A stretch of 55,502 nt of DNA from an uncultured Desulfobacterales bacterium (GTDB lineage Bacteria > Desulfobacterota > DSM-4660 > Desulfatiglandales > HGW-15), in contig CAYPSZ010000374.1 of the NCBI GenBank assembly GCA_964413125.1, positions 1 to 55,502 on the forward strand. Direction: 5' to 3'. The position numbers were made by a program, and so were the translations under genes. The notes below the pieces were generated by a model. That model was given only the letters and a program-made list of their open reading frames with translations. It did not search any database and was not told the origin of the DNA. Shown here one piece after another: positions 16,247 through 25,495 of the stretch. Positions within the stretch are counted from its first letter, which is position 1. Each line of letters begins with the position of its first letter.

Positions 16247-17026
16247 ATGAACCATAAGGCAACCATACCTCCCCCAGTTTGGACGACCTTTTTCCTGGTC
16301 GTAGCCATGGCCGTTTTCGTTCCTTTGGAGGCCTTTGCCCAGGGGTTCCCACTCCTGCCCTCTATACAGATCGGGCTTCAAGAGGCCGAACGGCCCGAAC
16401 AAGTATCAATCCTGCTTCAAATTCTCCTCCTGTTGACGGTACTCTCACTGGCCCCCGCCATACTCATAATGATGACTTCTTTCACGCGGCTGGCGGTGGT
16501 CTTCTCCCTGGTTCGACACGCCCTTGGAACACAACAGATGCCGCCCAACCAGATTATTATCGGCCTGGCGCTCCTCCTGACCTTTTTTCTCATGGCTCCC
16601 GTCTATGAAAGAATCAACAGGGAGGCGCTTCAGCCTTACCTTGCCGAACAATTGTCGGAGGAAGCGGCCCTTGAAAAGGCCCTCGTTCCCATCCGCGAAT
16701 TCATGTTGAAGCAGACCCGAAAGAAGGACCTCGCACTCTTCCTCAACATCTCGGAGAGTGAAAAACCAGAGGAATACCAAGACATCCCCACAACGGTCCT
16801 CGTATCGGCCTTTGTTATCAGTGAACTGAAAACGGCCTTCAGCATAGGGTTCATGATCTACATCCCGTTCCTGGTGATCGACATGGTTGTAGCCAGCGTC
16901 CTCTTATCAATGGGTATGATGATGCTGCCTCCATTCATGGTCTCCCTCCCGTTCAAAATGATGCTTTTCGTTCTCACCGACGGCTGGTATTTGCTGGTGG
17001 GATCCATGGTCAAGAGCTTTTCGTGA
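16247..17026 (+). CDS. fliP: Flagellar export gate protein FliP
   Basis: 259 aa from ATG 16247, with a signal-like N-terminus. Conserved sequence ILLLLTVLSLAPAILIMMTSFTRLAVVFSLVRHALGTQQMPPNQ is present. The longest ORF (16058) overlaps fliO. Confidence 0.93.
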   Translation: MNHKATIPPPVWTTFFLVVAMAVFVPLEAFAQGFPLLPSIQIGLQEAERPEQVSILLQILLLLTVLSLAPAILIMMTSFTRLAVVFSLVRHALGTQQMPPNQIIIGLALLLTFFLMAPVYERINREALQPYLAEQLSEEAALEKALVPIREFMLKQTRKKDLALFLNISESEKPEEYQDIPTTVLVSAFVISELKTAFSIGFMIYIPFLVIDMVVASVLLSMGMMMLPPFMVSLPFKMMLFVLTDGWYLLVGSMVKSFS

Positions 17027-17036
17027 GGAAAAAGAA

Positions 17037-17306
17037 ATGTCACAGGATTTCGTAGTCTCCCTTGCAAGTGAGGCCATCCAGACGGTCCTTATCCTCGCAC
17101 TCCCCCTTCTGGGGGTGGGTCTTGTGGTGGGCCTCATCGTGGCCGTGCTCCAAGCAACCACACAGATCCAGGAGATGACTCTATCCTTCGTGCCCAAGAT
17201 AGTGGCGGTCCTCCTGGCCCTGCTTGCGACCGCCCCCTGGATGCTCAACAAAATCATCTACTTTACAAGCAATGTGATCACAAGCATCCCCCACGTGATC
17301 CGGTGA
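17037..17306 (+). CDS. fliQ: Flagellar export gate protein FliQ
   Basis: 89 aa with two TM segments and the motif LVVGLIVAVLQATTQIQEMTLSFVPKI. Confidence 0.95.
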   Translation: MSQDFVVSLASEAIQTVLILALPLLGVGLVVGLIVAVLQATTQIQEMTLSFVPKIVAVLLALLATAPWMLNKIIYFTSNVITSIPHVIR

Positions 17307-17312
17307 ATCATC

Positions 17313-18086
17313 ATGCCTTTTCCTCTTGAGACACTGGACCAGTTGCAAGGATTCTTCTGGATTTTTGCCCGCATAAGCGTGCTGGTGTTTCTGCTGCCTT
17401 TGTTCGGGGCCAGAAACATCCCCACAATCTGGAAAGTGGGGCTGTCCTTCGTCCTTGCCGTCCTGCTGACGCCTGTTGTCCCTCCTCCTCTGGACCTGCC
17501 GCAATCAACACCCGGGGTTCTGCTTGGAATTGCGGCAGAGGTCCTCATGGGAATTCTCATCGTGTTCGGGTTCCTGGTTCTTTTCGCGTCGGTCCAGCTG
17601 GCGGGACAAATGATGAGCTTTCAGATGGGTTTTGCCATGGCTCGTGCCATCGACCCCAACACAGGAGTTCAGAGTACGGCTCTTAGTCAGTTTCTCTACC
17701 TGTTCACGGTTCTTCTCTTTTTCGCCATAGACGGCCATCACCTCATGATACTCGGGATTGCAGAGTCCTTCCACCTCGTTCCACCCAACGGGGTGTCCCT
17801 TGATCCCTCCCTTGCGGAATCCCTGATGCGAATTACCGCACACATGTTCGTCATAGGCCTCAAGATCGCAGCCCCCATAATGATAGCCCTTTTCCTTTCA
17901 AACCTATGTCTGGGTATTGTTGCCAGGACCGTGCCCCAGGTGAATATCCTCATGATCGGGTTCCCCATAAACATAGGTATCGGACTCACCCTGTTTGGAA
18001 TCATCCTGACCAACCTGGCCCCTTTTTTGACCGGGGTCACCAGGGATGCGGCCGCGGCCATGATTCGATTGCTTCGATTGATGTGA
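17313..18086 (+). CDS. fliR: Flagellar export gate protein FliR
   Basis: 257 aa, polytopic, following fliQ and preceding flhB. Confidence 0.92.
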   Translation: MPFPLETLDQLQGFFWIFARISVLVFLLPLFGARNIPTIWKVGLSFVLAVLLTPVVPPPLDLPQSTPGVLLGIAAEVLMGILIVFGFLVLFASVQLAGQMMSFQMGFAMARAIDPNTGVQSTALSQFLYLFTVLLFFAIDGHHLMILGIAESFHLVPPNGVSLDPSLAESLMRITAHMFVIGLKIAAPIMIALFLSNLCLGIVARTVPQVNILMIGFPINIGIGLTLFGIILTNLAPFLTGVTRDAAAAMIRLLRLM

Positions 18087-18096
18087 GGAGACAGCC

Positions 18097-19182
18097 ATGC
18101 CCGAACAGGGCTTTCAGGAAAAAACCGAAAGAGCCACTCCGAAAAGGCGTGAAGAATCCCGAAAAAAGGGACAGGTGGGAAAGAGCCGGGAGCTATCATC
18201 CATCGCCGTACTATCCGGCGGGGCCATATATCTGTATTTTAGGGGGGAACACCACGTATTGGAGCTGGGCCGAGTGCTCAAGCGGACATTTCTCGATATC
18301 CCGGCAATAGCCTCCGGCGAGCAGGATCTCTTCAAATACCTCATGGGGCGAGCCGAGGACATCTTGTGGATGGTCCTACCCGTTATGATCGTCCTGTGTG
18401 TGGTGGCGATCCTTGCCAATACCTTGCAAACGGGGCTTCTCTTGAGCGTCGAAGCCTTGACTCCATCAGCGTCAAAATTAAATCCCGTGTCAGGATTCAA
18501 GAAGATATTTTCCAAGAGATCCTTGGTGGAGCTAGCCAAATCCGTTGCCAAGCTTGTCATTGTTGGAGGAGTAGCCTTTTATACCCTTAAAAATGTCCTT
18601 ACCATATTAATTCCTATAACATATCATGAGCCTTCATCCATATTATCATTGCTGGGTACTCAATCCATGAGTATCCTTATTAAGTGCTGTTGTATAATTT
18701 TCATATTGGCCCTGCTTGACTATTACTACCAGCGCTGGCAGCACGAAGAGAGCATCAAGATGACCAAGCAAGAGGTGAAGGACGAGCATAAGCAGACTGA
18801 GGGAGATCCCTTGGTCAAAGGCCGAATCCGATCCCTACAGAGGGAGATGGCCAGAAAACGGATGATGGAGGAAGTGCCTAAGGCGGATGTGGTGATCACC
18901 AACCCGGTCAGGCTGGCCATAGCCCTCCGATACGACCCGGCCAAAAACCGTGCCCCGGTGGTAACAGCCAAAGGCGCCCATAGAATTGCCGCCCGCATAC
19001 GGGAGATAGCACTGGAAAACAATGTCCCGATTGTTGAGAACCGACCCCTGGCACAGAACTTGTATAATTTGGAAATTGGAGATGAGATACAGCCCGAGAC
19101 CTACCAGGCTGTTGCGGAGATCCTGGCCTATGTTTACGGCCTCAAGAAGAAGCCTTCAGCCGCAGGCGGTCGCACGCCATGA
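18097..19182 (+). CDS. flhB: Flagellar export switch protein FlhB, with variant NPVR at the autocleavage site
   Basis: 361 aa. N-terminus is EKTERATPKRREESRKKGQVGKS, followed by four TM segments and the C-terminal domain KADVVITNPVRLAIALRYD...AVAEILAYVY. Confidence 0.95.
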   Translation: MPEQGFQEKTERATPKRREESRKKGQVGKSRELSSIAVLSGGAIYLYFRGEHHVLELGRVLKRTFLDIPAIASGEQDLFKYLMGRAEDILWMVLPVMIVLCVVAILANTLQTGLLLSVEALTPSASKLNPVSGFKKIFSKRSLVELAKSVAKLVIVGGVAFYTLKNVLTILIPITYHEPSSILSLLGTQSMSILIKCCCIIFILALLDYYYQRWQHEESIKMTKQEVKDEHKQTEGDPLVKGRIRSLQREMARKRMMEEVPKADVVITNPVRLAIALRYDPAKNRAPVVTAKGAHRIAARIREIALENNVPIVENRPLAQNLYNLEIGDEIQPETYQAVAEILAYVYGLKKKPSAAGGRTP

Positions 19183-19229
19183 ACATGGCGCTTTCGCCGG
19201 GTTAAGATCGAGATGACAAGGATACGTAG

Positions 19230-21323
19230 ATGGATGCCATAAAACCGCCGTTAAAACGTTTCTCCCTGGAGTCCAACGTGGACATCGGCATATCCGTGGG
19301 CATAGTAGCCATACTCATGGTGATGATTATACCGCTGCCCACGGGCGTCCTTGACATGCTTCTTGCTTTCAACATCACCATCGGCATCATGGTCCTCCTC
19401 CTCACCATCTATGCAGTCCGCCCGCTTGATTTTTCCGTCTTTCCATCCATGCTCCTCTTGGCCACCCTTTTCAGGCTCTCTTTGAACATAGCCTCCACAA
19501 GGCTCATTCTCCTGGACGGGCACAGCGGACCCCTGGCGGCGGGAAGGATCATCAAGAGCTTCGGATCCTTTGTAGTGGGAGGGAACCCCACTGTCGGACT
19601 GGTGGTCTTCGTTATCCTGGTGGTCATCAACTTCGTGGTCATAACCAAAGGGGCCGGACGAGTTGCGGAAGTTGCGGCCCGTTTCACACTCGACGCCATG
19701 CCCGGCAAGCAAATGAGCATAGATGCGGACCTCAATGCAGGGCTCATAGATGAGTCCACCGCCCGAAGCCGCCGGTCCGAGATAGCCAAGGAGGCCGAGT
19801 TCTACGGCGCCATGGACGGGGCCAGCAAGTTTGTGAGAGGAGACGCCATCGCAGGGATAATAATAACCCTCGTGAACATCATCGGCGGCCTTATCTTAGG
19901 CGTGCTGCAAATGGGGCTGGATTTTCAAACCGCAGTTCAGAACTACACCCTGCTCACAATAGGAGACGGCCTGGTCAGCCAGATTCCCGCACTGGTCATA
20001 TCCACGGCGGCCGGCATCCTTGTGACCCGCGCCGGCGCCGAAGGCAACATCGGGACGGAACTGGCTCAGCAGTTCGGGGTGAATCACAGGGCCCTCATGA
20101 TTGCGGCAGGCATCATCTTTCTCTTCGGCATGGCCCCGGGCATGCCGGCCGTGCCTTTCATGATCCTGGCCGCAGCCGTATTCTTTTTCGGACGAACGAT
20201 CTTGGGGACTGAGCGGGCAAGGAGGGAGGAAGAAGCCGAGGTCGAGCAGGAGGATGCCGCCCGTGAGGCCACCCCGGAAGAGGTTGAGAGCCTTCTTCCC
20301 CTGGATATCCTGGAACTGGAGATCGGCTACGGGCTCATACCGCTTGTGGACAACAAGACACAGGGAAACCTGCTGGAACGAATACGGTCCCTTCGAAGGC
20401 AGTTTGCCATGGAGATGGGTCTCATCATGCCCTCTTTACACATCCGCGACAACCTGGAGCTCAAGCCGAATGAATATGCCGTATGTATAAAGGGAAATGA
20501 AACCGCCCGGGGAGAACTCCTCATGGACCATCTCCTTGCCATAGATCCCGGTGATGTCAAGGCCAAGGTGGAAGGTGTGGCCGCCAGGGACCCGGCGTTT
20601 GGATTACCCGCCATATGGGTCTCCCAAGACAAGAAGTCCGATGCCCAGTTCGCCGGGTACACGGTGGTGGACCTCCCCAGCGTAATCACCACTCACATCT
20701 CGGAAGTAGTGCGCAGAGACGGGTACGAGTTCCTGGGACGGCAGGAAGTCCAGAGACTCCTGGACAAGGTTTCGGAGACCAATCCCAAGGTCGTGGAAGA
20801 ACTGGTGCCCGCTCATCTTACACTGGGCTCTCTCCAAAAGGTCCTTCAAAACCTTGTGCGAGAACAGGTCTCCATCCGGGACATGCTGACCATCCTGGAG
20901 ACCCTTGCCGACTATGCGACCATGACCAAAGATACGGACCTGCTTACCGAATACGTGCGGCAGCGGCTGGCACGCTCTCTCACCAAGCCCTATGCAGGAA
21001 AAGATCGGGTCCTTAGGATATTGTCGGTGGGCGCAAGCCTTGAAGAGGCTGTAGCCTCCGGCATCAACCAGAGCGAATACGGCTCCTATCTGGCCCTTGA
21101 CCCCAGGCAGGCAAACCAAATCATAGAAGTGATCAAACGCTCTATTGAGAAGGCATCGGCCAGGCTGGATGTGCCCGTGATGCTCTGCTCCACCACCATC
21201 CGCAGGCACCTTAAGAAACTTTGTGAGAGATTCCAGATCCCGCTTACAGTGCTATCCTATAACGAGATACCCAGCGGACTCCAAGTCGAAACCGTTGAGG
21301 AGATTCGATTCGAGGCCTCATGA
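19230..21323 (+). CDS. flhA: Flagellar export gate protein FlhA
   Basis: 697 aa with the conserved FHIPEP region GAGRVAEVAARFTLDAMPGKQMSIDADLNAG and a large cytoplasmic domain. Confidence 0.97.
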   Translation: MDAIKPPLKRFSLESNVDIGISVGIVAILMVMIIPLPTGVLDMLLAFNITIGIMVLLLTIYAVRPLDFSVFPSMLLLATLFRLSLNIASTRLILLDGHSGPLAAGRIIKSFGSFVVGGNPTVGLVVFVILVVINFVVITKGAGRVAEVAARFTLDAMPGKQMSIDADLNAGLIDESTARSRRSEIAKEAEFYGAMDGASKFVRGDAIAGIIITLVNIIGGLILGVLQMGLDFQTAVQNYTLLTIGDGLVSQIPALVISTAAGILVTRAGAEGNIGTELAQQFGVNHRALMIAAGIIFLFGMAPGMPAVPFMILAAAVFFFGRTILGTERARREEEAEVEQEDAAREATPEEVESLLPLDILELEIGYGLIPLVDNKTQGNLLERIRSLRRQFAMEMGLIMPSLHIRDNLELKPNEYAVCIKGNETARGELLMDHLLAIDPGDVKAKVEGVAARDPAFGLPAIWVSQDKKSDAQFAGYTVVDLPSVITTHISEVVRRDGYEFLGRQEVQRLLDKVSETNPKVVEELVPAHLTLGSLQKVLQNLVREQVSIRDMLTILETLADYATMTKDTDLLTEYVRQRLARSLTKPYAGKDRVLRILSVGASLEEAVASGINQSEYGSYLALDPRQANQIIEVIKRSIEKASARLDVPVMLCSTTIRRHLKKLCERFQIPLTVLSYNEIPSGLQVETVEEIRFEAS

Positions 21324-22546
21324 ACATCAAGCGATTCATCGCCCGAAACAACGGGGAAGCCCTTCGAATGGTAAAGAAAGAGATGGGCCCGGATGCGGTG
21401 ATTCTGAGGACCAGAACACTGCACCCCGAGCCCGGCGGGCGGGGAAGCAGCGGCAAACGAGTGGAGGTGACCGCGGCGGTGGACTTTGCTCCACCCGATG
21501 AGCTCGCCGCCGGAAGCATGAAGACAGACCTTTTTTCCGATTCGAATGCCATGATGGAACGATGGGAAAAACTGGAAAACGAACTCCGGCAAATAAAGAC
21601 GGCCATACTGTCCGCCGACGCAGGCAGGGGATTGCCCCCCGAGCTCTATTACGATCCAATCGTTCGATGCCTGCACCGGCATTTTCAGTCCTTCGGCCTC
21701 AGGCCCGAATTGACCATGGATCTGATGATCGAGTGCCGAAGTGAAAACGCACTCAAGGCAGGCGCGGGCGAGGCCGAATTACTCCAGGAATCGCTTACGC
21801 GGGTGCTTCGAAGGGTAAGGGTCGGGATCCCTGAGAACACTTCCGGAACTCGGGAAATCCATGCCTTTATTGGTCCGACGGGCGTGGGCAAGACCACTAC
21901 CCTGGCCAAGTTGGCGGCTCTGCGTGCAGTTAAACAAGGTGTCAGGACCGCCCTGATCACTCTCGATACTTTCCGAATTGCAGCCGTGAGCCAGCTCCAG
22001 ACCTACGGGCGGATCATGGGCATTCCCATAGAGGTGGCCTCCGGGCGAATGGAACTGGAAGACGCCATTACGCGTAACCAAGAGGCGGAATTGATCCTAA
22101 TCGACACCGCCGGGCGCAGCCCCAACCACGAGCCTGACATCGAAGAACTGGGACGCCTTTTTCACGGATTCACGGACATCCACACTTTTCTTGTGCTAAG
22201 CGCAACTACGGACTACGGGAACCTCCTGCGGGCACGCGAGCAATTCGGACGCATTCCGTTTCAGAGCTACATTTTCACCAAACTGGACGAGGTGATGGAT
22301 GCTTCGTCGATGCTCAACTTCATGATCTCCAGAGGGAGGCCGGTTTCCTACTTCACAACGGGTCAGAGGGTGCCCGAGGATATTGAAAAAGCTTCAAGAA
22401 AGCGTCTTGCCAAACTTCTGCTCCACATGTGCAAAAGTGTGGGGAAAGCTCCCGGCCGGACGTTTCAAGGCATTAACGAGGTAGTCAAACATGGATCAGG
22501 CAACGGGACTGAGGTCCTTGGTCGAGGATCACATGTCAAGGGTTAA
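21320..22546 (+). CDS. flhF: Flagellar SRP-type GTPase FlhF
   Basis: 408 aa with G1 motif GPTGVGKTTTLAKLAA and motifs DTAGRS and TKLDE. The start overlaps the flhA stop in an ATGA. Confidence 0.95.
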   Translation: MNIKRFIARNNGEALRMVKKEMGPDAVILRTRTLHPEPGGRGSSGKRVEVTAAVDFAPPDELAAGSMKTDLFSDSNAMMERWEKLENELRQIKTAILSADAGRGLPPELYYDPIVRCLHRHFQSFGLRPELTMDLMIECRSENALKAGAGEAELLQESLTRVLRRVRVGIPENTSGTREIHAFIGPTGVGKTTTLAKLAALRAVKQGVRTALITLDTFRIAAVSQLQTYGRIMGIPIEVASGRMELEDAITRNQEAELILIDTAGRSPNHEPDIEELGRLFHGFTDIHTFLVLSATTDYGNLLRAREQFGRIPFQSYIFTKLDEVMDASSMLNFMISRGRPVSYFTTGQRVPEDIEKASRKRLAKLLLHMCKSVGKAPGRTFQGINEVVKHGSGNGTEVLGRGSHVKG

Positions 22547-23399
22547 AGCCGGACGGGCTGTACCAAAAGAAGGTGTCGATCCGGCGACATCCCCAAGACG
22601 AATCCGGGTCATTTCAGTCACCAGCGGCAAGGGCGGTGTGGGCAAAACCAGTGTTGTAGCTAATCTGGCGCTGGCCCTGAGCAGGATGGACATACGTGTC
22701 CTCGTGCTGGACGCGGACCTGGGCCTTGCCAACCTCGATGTCATGCTGGGCCTCAACCCCCGCTTCACCATTGATCATCTCCTCAGGGGGAAAAAGACTC
22801 TGGATGAGATCCTCATTGCAGGCCCCGGAGGCTTCAAGATCCTTCCTGCGGCTTCCGGAATTCCTGAATTAACCGAGTTGGACAACTCCCAGAGGCTTCT
22901 CCTACTGGATGAACTGGACGCCCTCAAAGACCGGTTTGATGTCCTTCTCATCGATACCGGTGCGGGTATATCGTCAAACGTGATGTACTTCAACTATGCA
23001 GCCATGGAAAAGGTAGTGCTTGTTACCAACGAACCAACATCACTCACTGATGCCTACGCTCTAATAAAGGTCTTGACCAGCCGTTACAAACAAAAGCGGT
23101 TCAAGATATTAATCAACGCCGCCCGAAACAGCGAAGAGGCCGAGAAGATTTACCGCCACCTGAGCCTTGTGGTGGACCAGTTTCTGGGATCACCCTCACT
23201 TGACTACTTGGGCTGGATCCCTTTTGACAAACAGATGCCCGTCGCCGTTCGGAAACAGAGGACCGTACTGGAATGCTTCCCCGAGGCCCCTGCCAGCCGG
23301 CAAATCCGAAAACTGGCCGAGGCACTCATGACGGCCCATGATGAACCGGACCTTGAAGGAGATATCCGCTTTTTCCGGAATAACTTTCTGGAACACTAA
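22491..23399 (+). CDS. flhG: MinD-type ATPase FlhG/FleN (flagellar number regulator)
   Basis: 302 aa. The N-terminal MDQATGLRSL matches the DQAxxLR FlhF-activating motif. A deviant Walker A reads SGKGGVGKTS. Confidence 0.93.
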   Translation: MDQATGLRSLVEDHMSRVKAGRAVPKEGVDPATSPRRIRVISVTSGKGGVGKTSVVANLALALSRMDIRVLVLDADLGLANLDVMLGLNPRFTIDHLLRGKKTLDEILIAGPGGFKILPAASGIPELTELDNSQRLLLLDELDALKDRFDVLLIDTGAGISSNVMYFNYAAMEKVVLVTNEPTSLTDAYALIKVLTSRYKQKRFKILINAARNSEEAEKIYRHLSLVVDQFLGSPSLDYLGWIPFDKQMPVAVRKQRTVLECFPEAPASRQIRKLAEALMTAHDEPDLEGDIRFFRNNFLEH

Positions 23400-23412
23400 G
23401 CACGGTGAAAAC

Positions 23413-24210
23413 ATGCCCGAGCCTGCCATGAGCAAACTGAAACGATATGCACAGGTTTCCTGTCGCGAAACCCGTACATTGGGTCATGAAGAGCGTGAGA
23501 GGCTCATCCTGGAATATTCCCCCTTGGTCAAGACCATAGCGGGGCGGCTGGGCATGCGTCTTCCCCAGCATGTGAGCCAGGACGATTTAGTCAGCGCCGG
23601 GATCATGGGACTGCTGGATGCCTTGGAGAAATTCAATGAAGACAAAGGTGTGGCCTTCAAGTCCTACGCTGAATTCCGAATTCGGGGCGCCATGCTCGAC
23701 GAGTTGCGCAGCATGGACTGGGTACCGCGCTCGGTGCGCCGGAACGCCCGGCAGCTCGAAGCGGCCTTTCTAAAAGTGGAAAACGAGAATATGAGGCCCG
23801 CCACGGATCAAGAGGTGGCTCGAGAACTGGGGATAGATATGGCCTCCTATTACACACTGCTTGATGAGTCCCGCGGTTTATCACTGATCAGCGAAGACGA
23901 ACTTAACCAGGTGGTCTCCAAAGATGCAAACGACCTACGCATTTTTAAGACCCCATCGGAGCTGTTGCCTGACAATCCCTCAGACTCCCTGGACCTGGCT
24001 GAGATCCGAAACGTTATTGCGGGGGCTATCGATAAGCTTCCCAAGAACGAGCGCACTGTTGTGTCTCTTTACTATTATGAAGAGTTGACAATGAAGGAAA
24101 TTGGAGAGGTCATGGACTACACGGAATCAAGGATCTCTCAACTCCATACGAAAGCCATACTGCGTCTCAGGGGTTCCCTGAGAGGTTATTTCTCCAGTTT
24201 GGAAAGATAA
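23413..24210 (+). CDS. fliA: Flagellar sigma factor FliA (sigma28)
   Basis: Regions 2-4 are recognisable: SQDDLVSAGIMGLLDALEKF, and LYYYEELTMKEIGEVMDYTESRISQLHTKAILRLR. The ATG at 23413 follows the flhG stop. The longest ORF (23338) overlaps flhG. Confidence 0.93.
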   Translation: MPEPAMSKLKRYAQVSCRETRTLGHEERERLILEYSPLVKTIAGRLGMRLPQHVSQDDLVSAGIMGLLDALEKFNEDKGVAFKSYAEFRIRGAMLDELRSMDWVPRSVRRNARQLEAAFLKVENENMRPATDQEVARELGIDMASYYTLLDESRGLSLISEDELNQVVSKDANDLRIFKTPSELLPDNPSDSLDLAEIRNVIAGAIDKLPKNERTVVSLYYYEELTMKEIGEVMDYTESRISQLHTKAILRLRGSLRGYFSSLER

Positions 24211-24230
24211 GACCGAGGGCGTGGAAATAA

Positions 24231-24770
24231 ATGCCGATGACCGAGGAAAACGAGACAACCAGCCGAATCGAGGCGGACAGGGACACAGCCGGCACTGAAA
24301 CAGAAAAAACCGCGTTTCCCCGAAGACCTCTCATTATGGCAGGGTCGATTCTCCTGGCGGTAATCCTTCTAGGAACCGGTCTCCTGGCACTGGCCCCTAA
24401 CAATGAACCGGGATCGATCCCAGACCCTGAAAACGGTGTGGTTTCCCAAGAGGCTGATCATTATTCTTCCCGTGAACTTCTCAAAGAGGAGTTGGAGCCC
24501 TTCTACATTCCGCTTGCCCATGAAGGAAAAGAACTACTGGTCAGGGTGTCCTTTTCAGTCACTTGGGACAAAACATCCTCTAATCGTTTTCACGAGAGAA
24601 AAACCAGGGTCCGGGACCGGATCTATCTCCGCTTGACCGAGTTTGCCACCGAGGGGAGGAATATGCGCAACATGGCGCCCGTCCTTCGCACGGAGGCTCA
24701 ACAAATAATCGAGGAACTCCTGCGGCCCGACATACTTAACGTAGTCGTCATGGGCATCTTCATTGATTGA
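24231..24770 (+). CDS. Membrane-anchored FliL-like protein (second FliL-domain paralogue, tentative)
   Basis: 179 aa with one TM segment (IMAGSILLAVILLGTGLLAL). The periplasmic part, PFYIPLAHEGKELLVRVSFSVTW...VRDRIYLRL...VVVMGIFID, has the FliL-like alternation pattern. Confidence 0.5.
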   Translation: MPMTEENETTSRIEADRDTAGTETEKTAFPRRPLIMAGSILLAVILLGTGLLALAPNNEPGSIPDPENGVVSQEADHYSSRELLKEELEPFYIPLAHEGKELLVRVSFSVTWDKTSSNRFHERKTRVRDRIYLRLTEFATEGRNMRNMAPVLRTEAQQIIEELLRPDILNVVVMGIFID

Positions 24771-24911
24771 AGCAGGAAAGGAAACTCGTTTTCAGCCCCA
24801 TTTTTCCTCTTGCTCCGAAAAGGCCGCATCTCCGGAACATGAACCATGGAGGCATGCTATGAACCGGATTTCAAGACTCAGCGGTCTATAAGGAATTCGA
24901 AAGGCCTTTTA

Positions 24912-25391
24912 ATGTCTATGAATATGCAGCTCTGGATCATGGGACAGATTGTCATAGACTTGATCCTGGTGGGGGTTCTCGTCTGGCTGGTCGTATCCGG
25001 AAACCGACGACGGGTAAGGCAAGCCCGGGAGAGTGAGGAGGAAATCAGAAAGTCGGAAGAAATCCTCAAGGAGATTCGCGGAATCGCCTCAGAACTCGAA
25101 GGAAACCTGGAGGAGAAAAGAGAGCTTACACAGCGCCTTCTGGGAAGGCTGGACGAGAGCCTGAAACGGGCTGAAGACCGATACCGTCAGTTCAATGAAC
25201 TCTTTGAGATGACTGATTCAGCTTCCATTCAGGACACAATATCACTTCGAAGAACCGAGGCTACCCGTGAATCCATACACGCTTTATTGAAGAAGGGGCT
25301 GAGCAGGGAGGACGTTGCCAGACGCCTCGGCATCTCCGTGGGAGAGATAGAGCTGTTTCTGAAACTCGGAAACCGTTCGCAGGATGCGTAG
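24912..25391 (+). CDS. Hypothetical protein with TM, coiled coil and a C-terminal HTH-like motif
   Basis: N-terminal TM segment LWIMGQIVIDLILVGVLVWLVV, an acidic coiled coil, and C-terminal KKGLSREDVARRLGISVGEIELFLKL. It follows fliA. The ATG at 24912 was chosen, and the longest ORF starts at 24846. Confidence 0.6.
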   Translation: MSMNMQLWIMGQIVIDLILVGVLVWLVVSGNRRRVRQARESEEEIRKSEEILKEIRGIASELEGNLEEKRELTQRLLGRLDESLKRAEDRYRQFNELFEMTDSASIQDTISLRRTEATRESIHALLKKGLSREDVARRLGISVGEIELFLKLGNRSQDA

Positions 25392-25461
25392 CCGGAACAT
25401 CATGGCCGCCCCATCGCTCACACGCAACCACAAGACATCAGGATGTTATGGGCTTGCACTC

Positions 25462-25480
25462 CCGCCGAAAAGGCGGTTTT
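25462..25480 (+). terminator. Short hairpin plus T-tract (weak intrinsic terminator or attenuator candidate)
   Basis: Reads CCGCC-GAAAA-GGCGG followed by TTTT. The stem is only 5 bp, and it lies 16 nt before the next ATG. Confidence 0.3.
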
Positions 25481-25495
25481 CCATGAGGCTTTTGA

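Noticed and set aside
19049-19063. TGGCAC-AGAAC-TTGT inside the 3' end of flhB, a possible internal sigma54 promoter for flhA.
   Set aside because: The invariant -12 GC is GT here and the site is intragenic. It is probably a chance occurrence.
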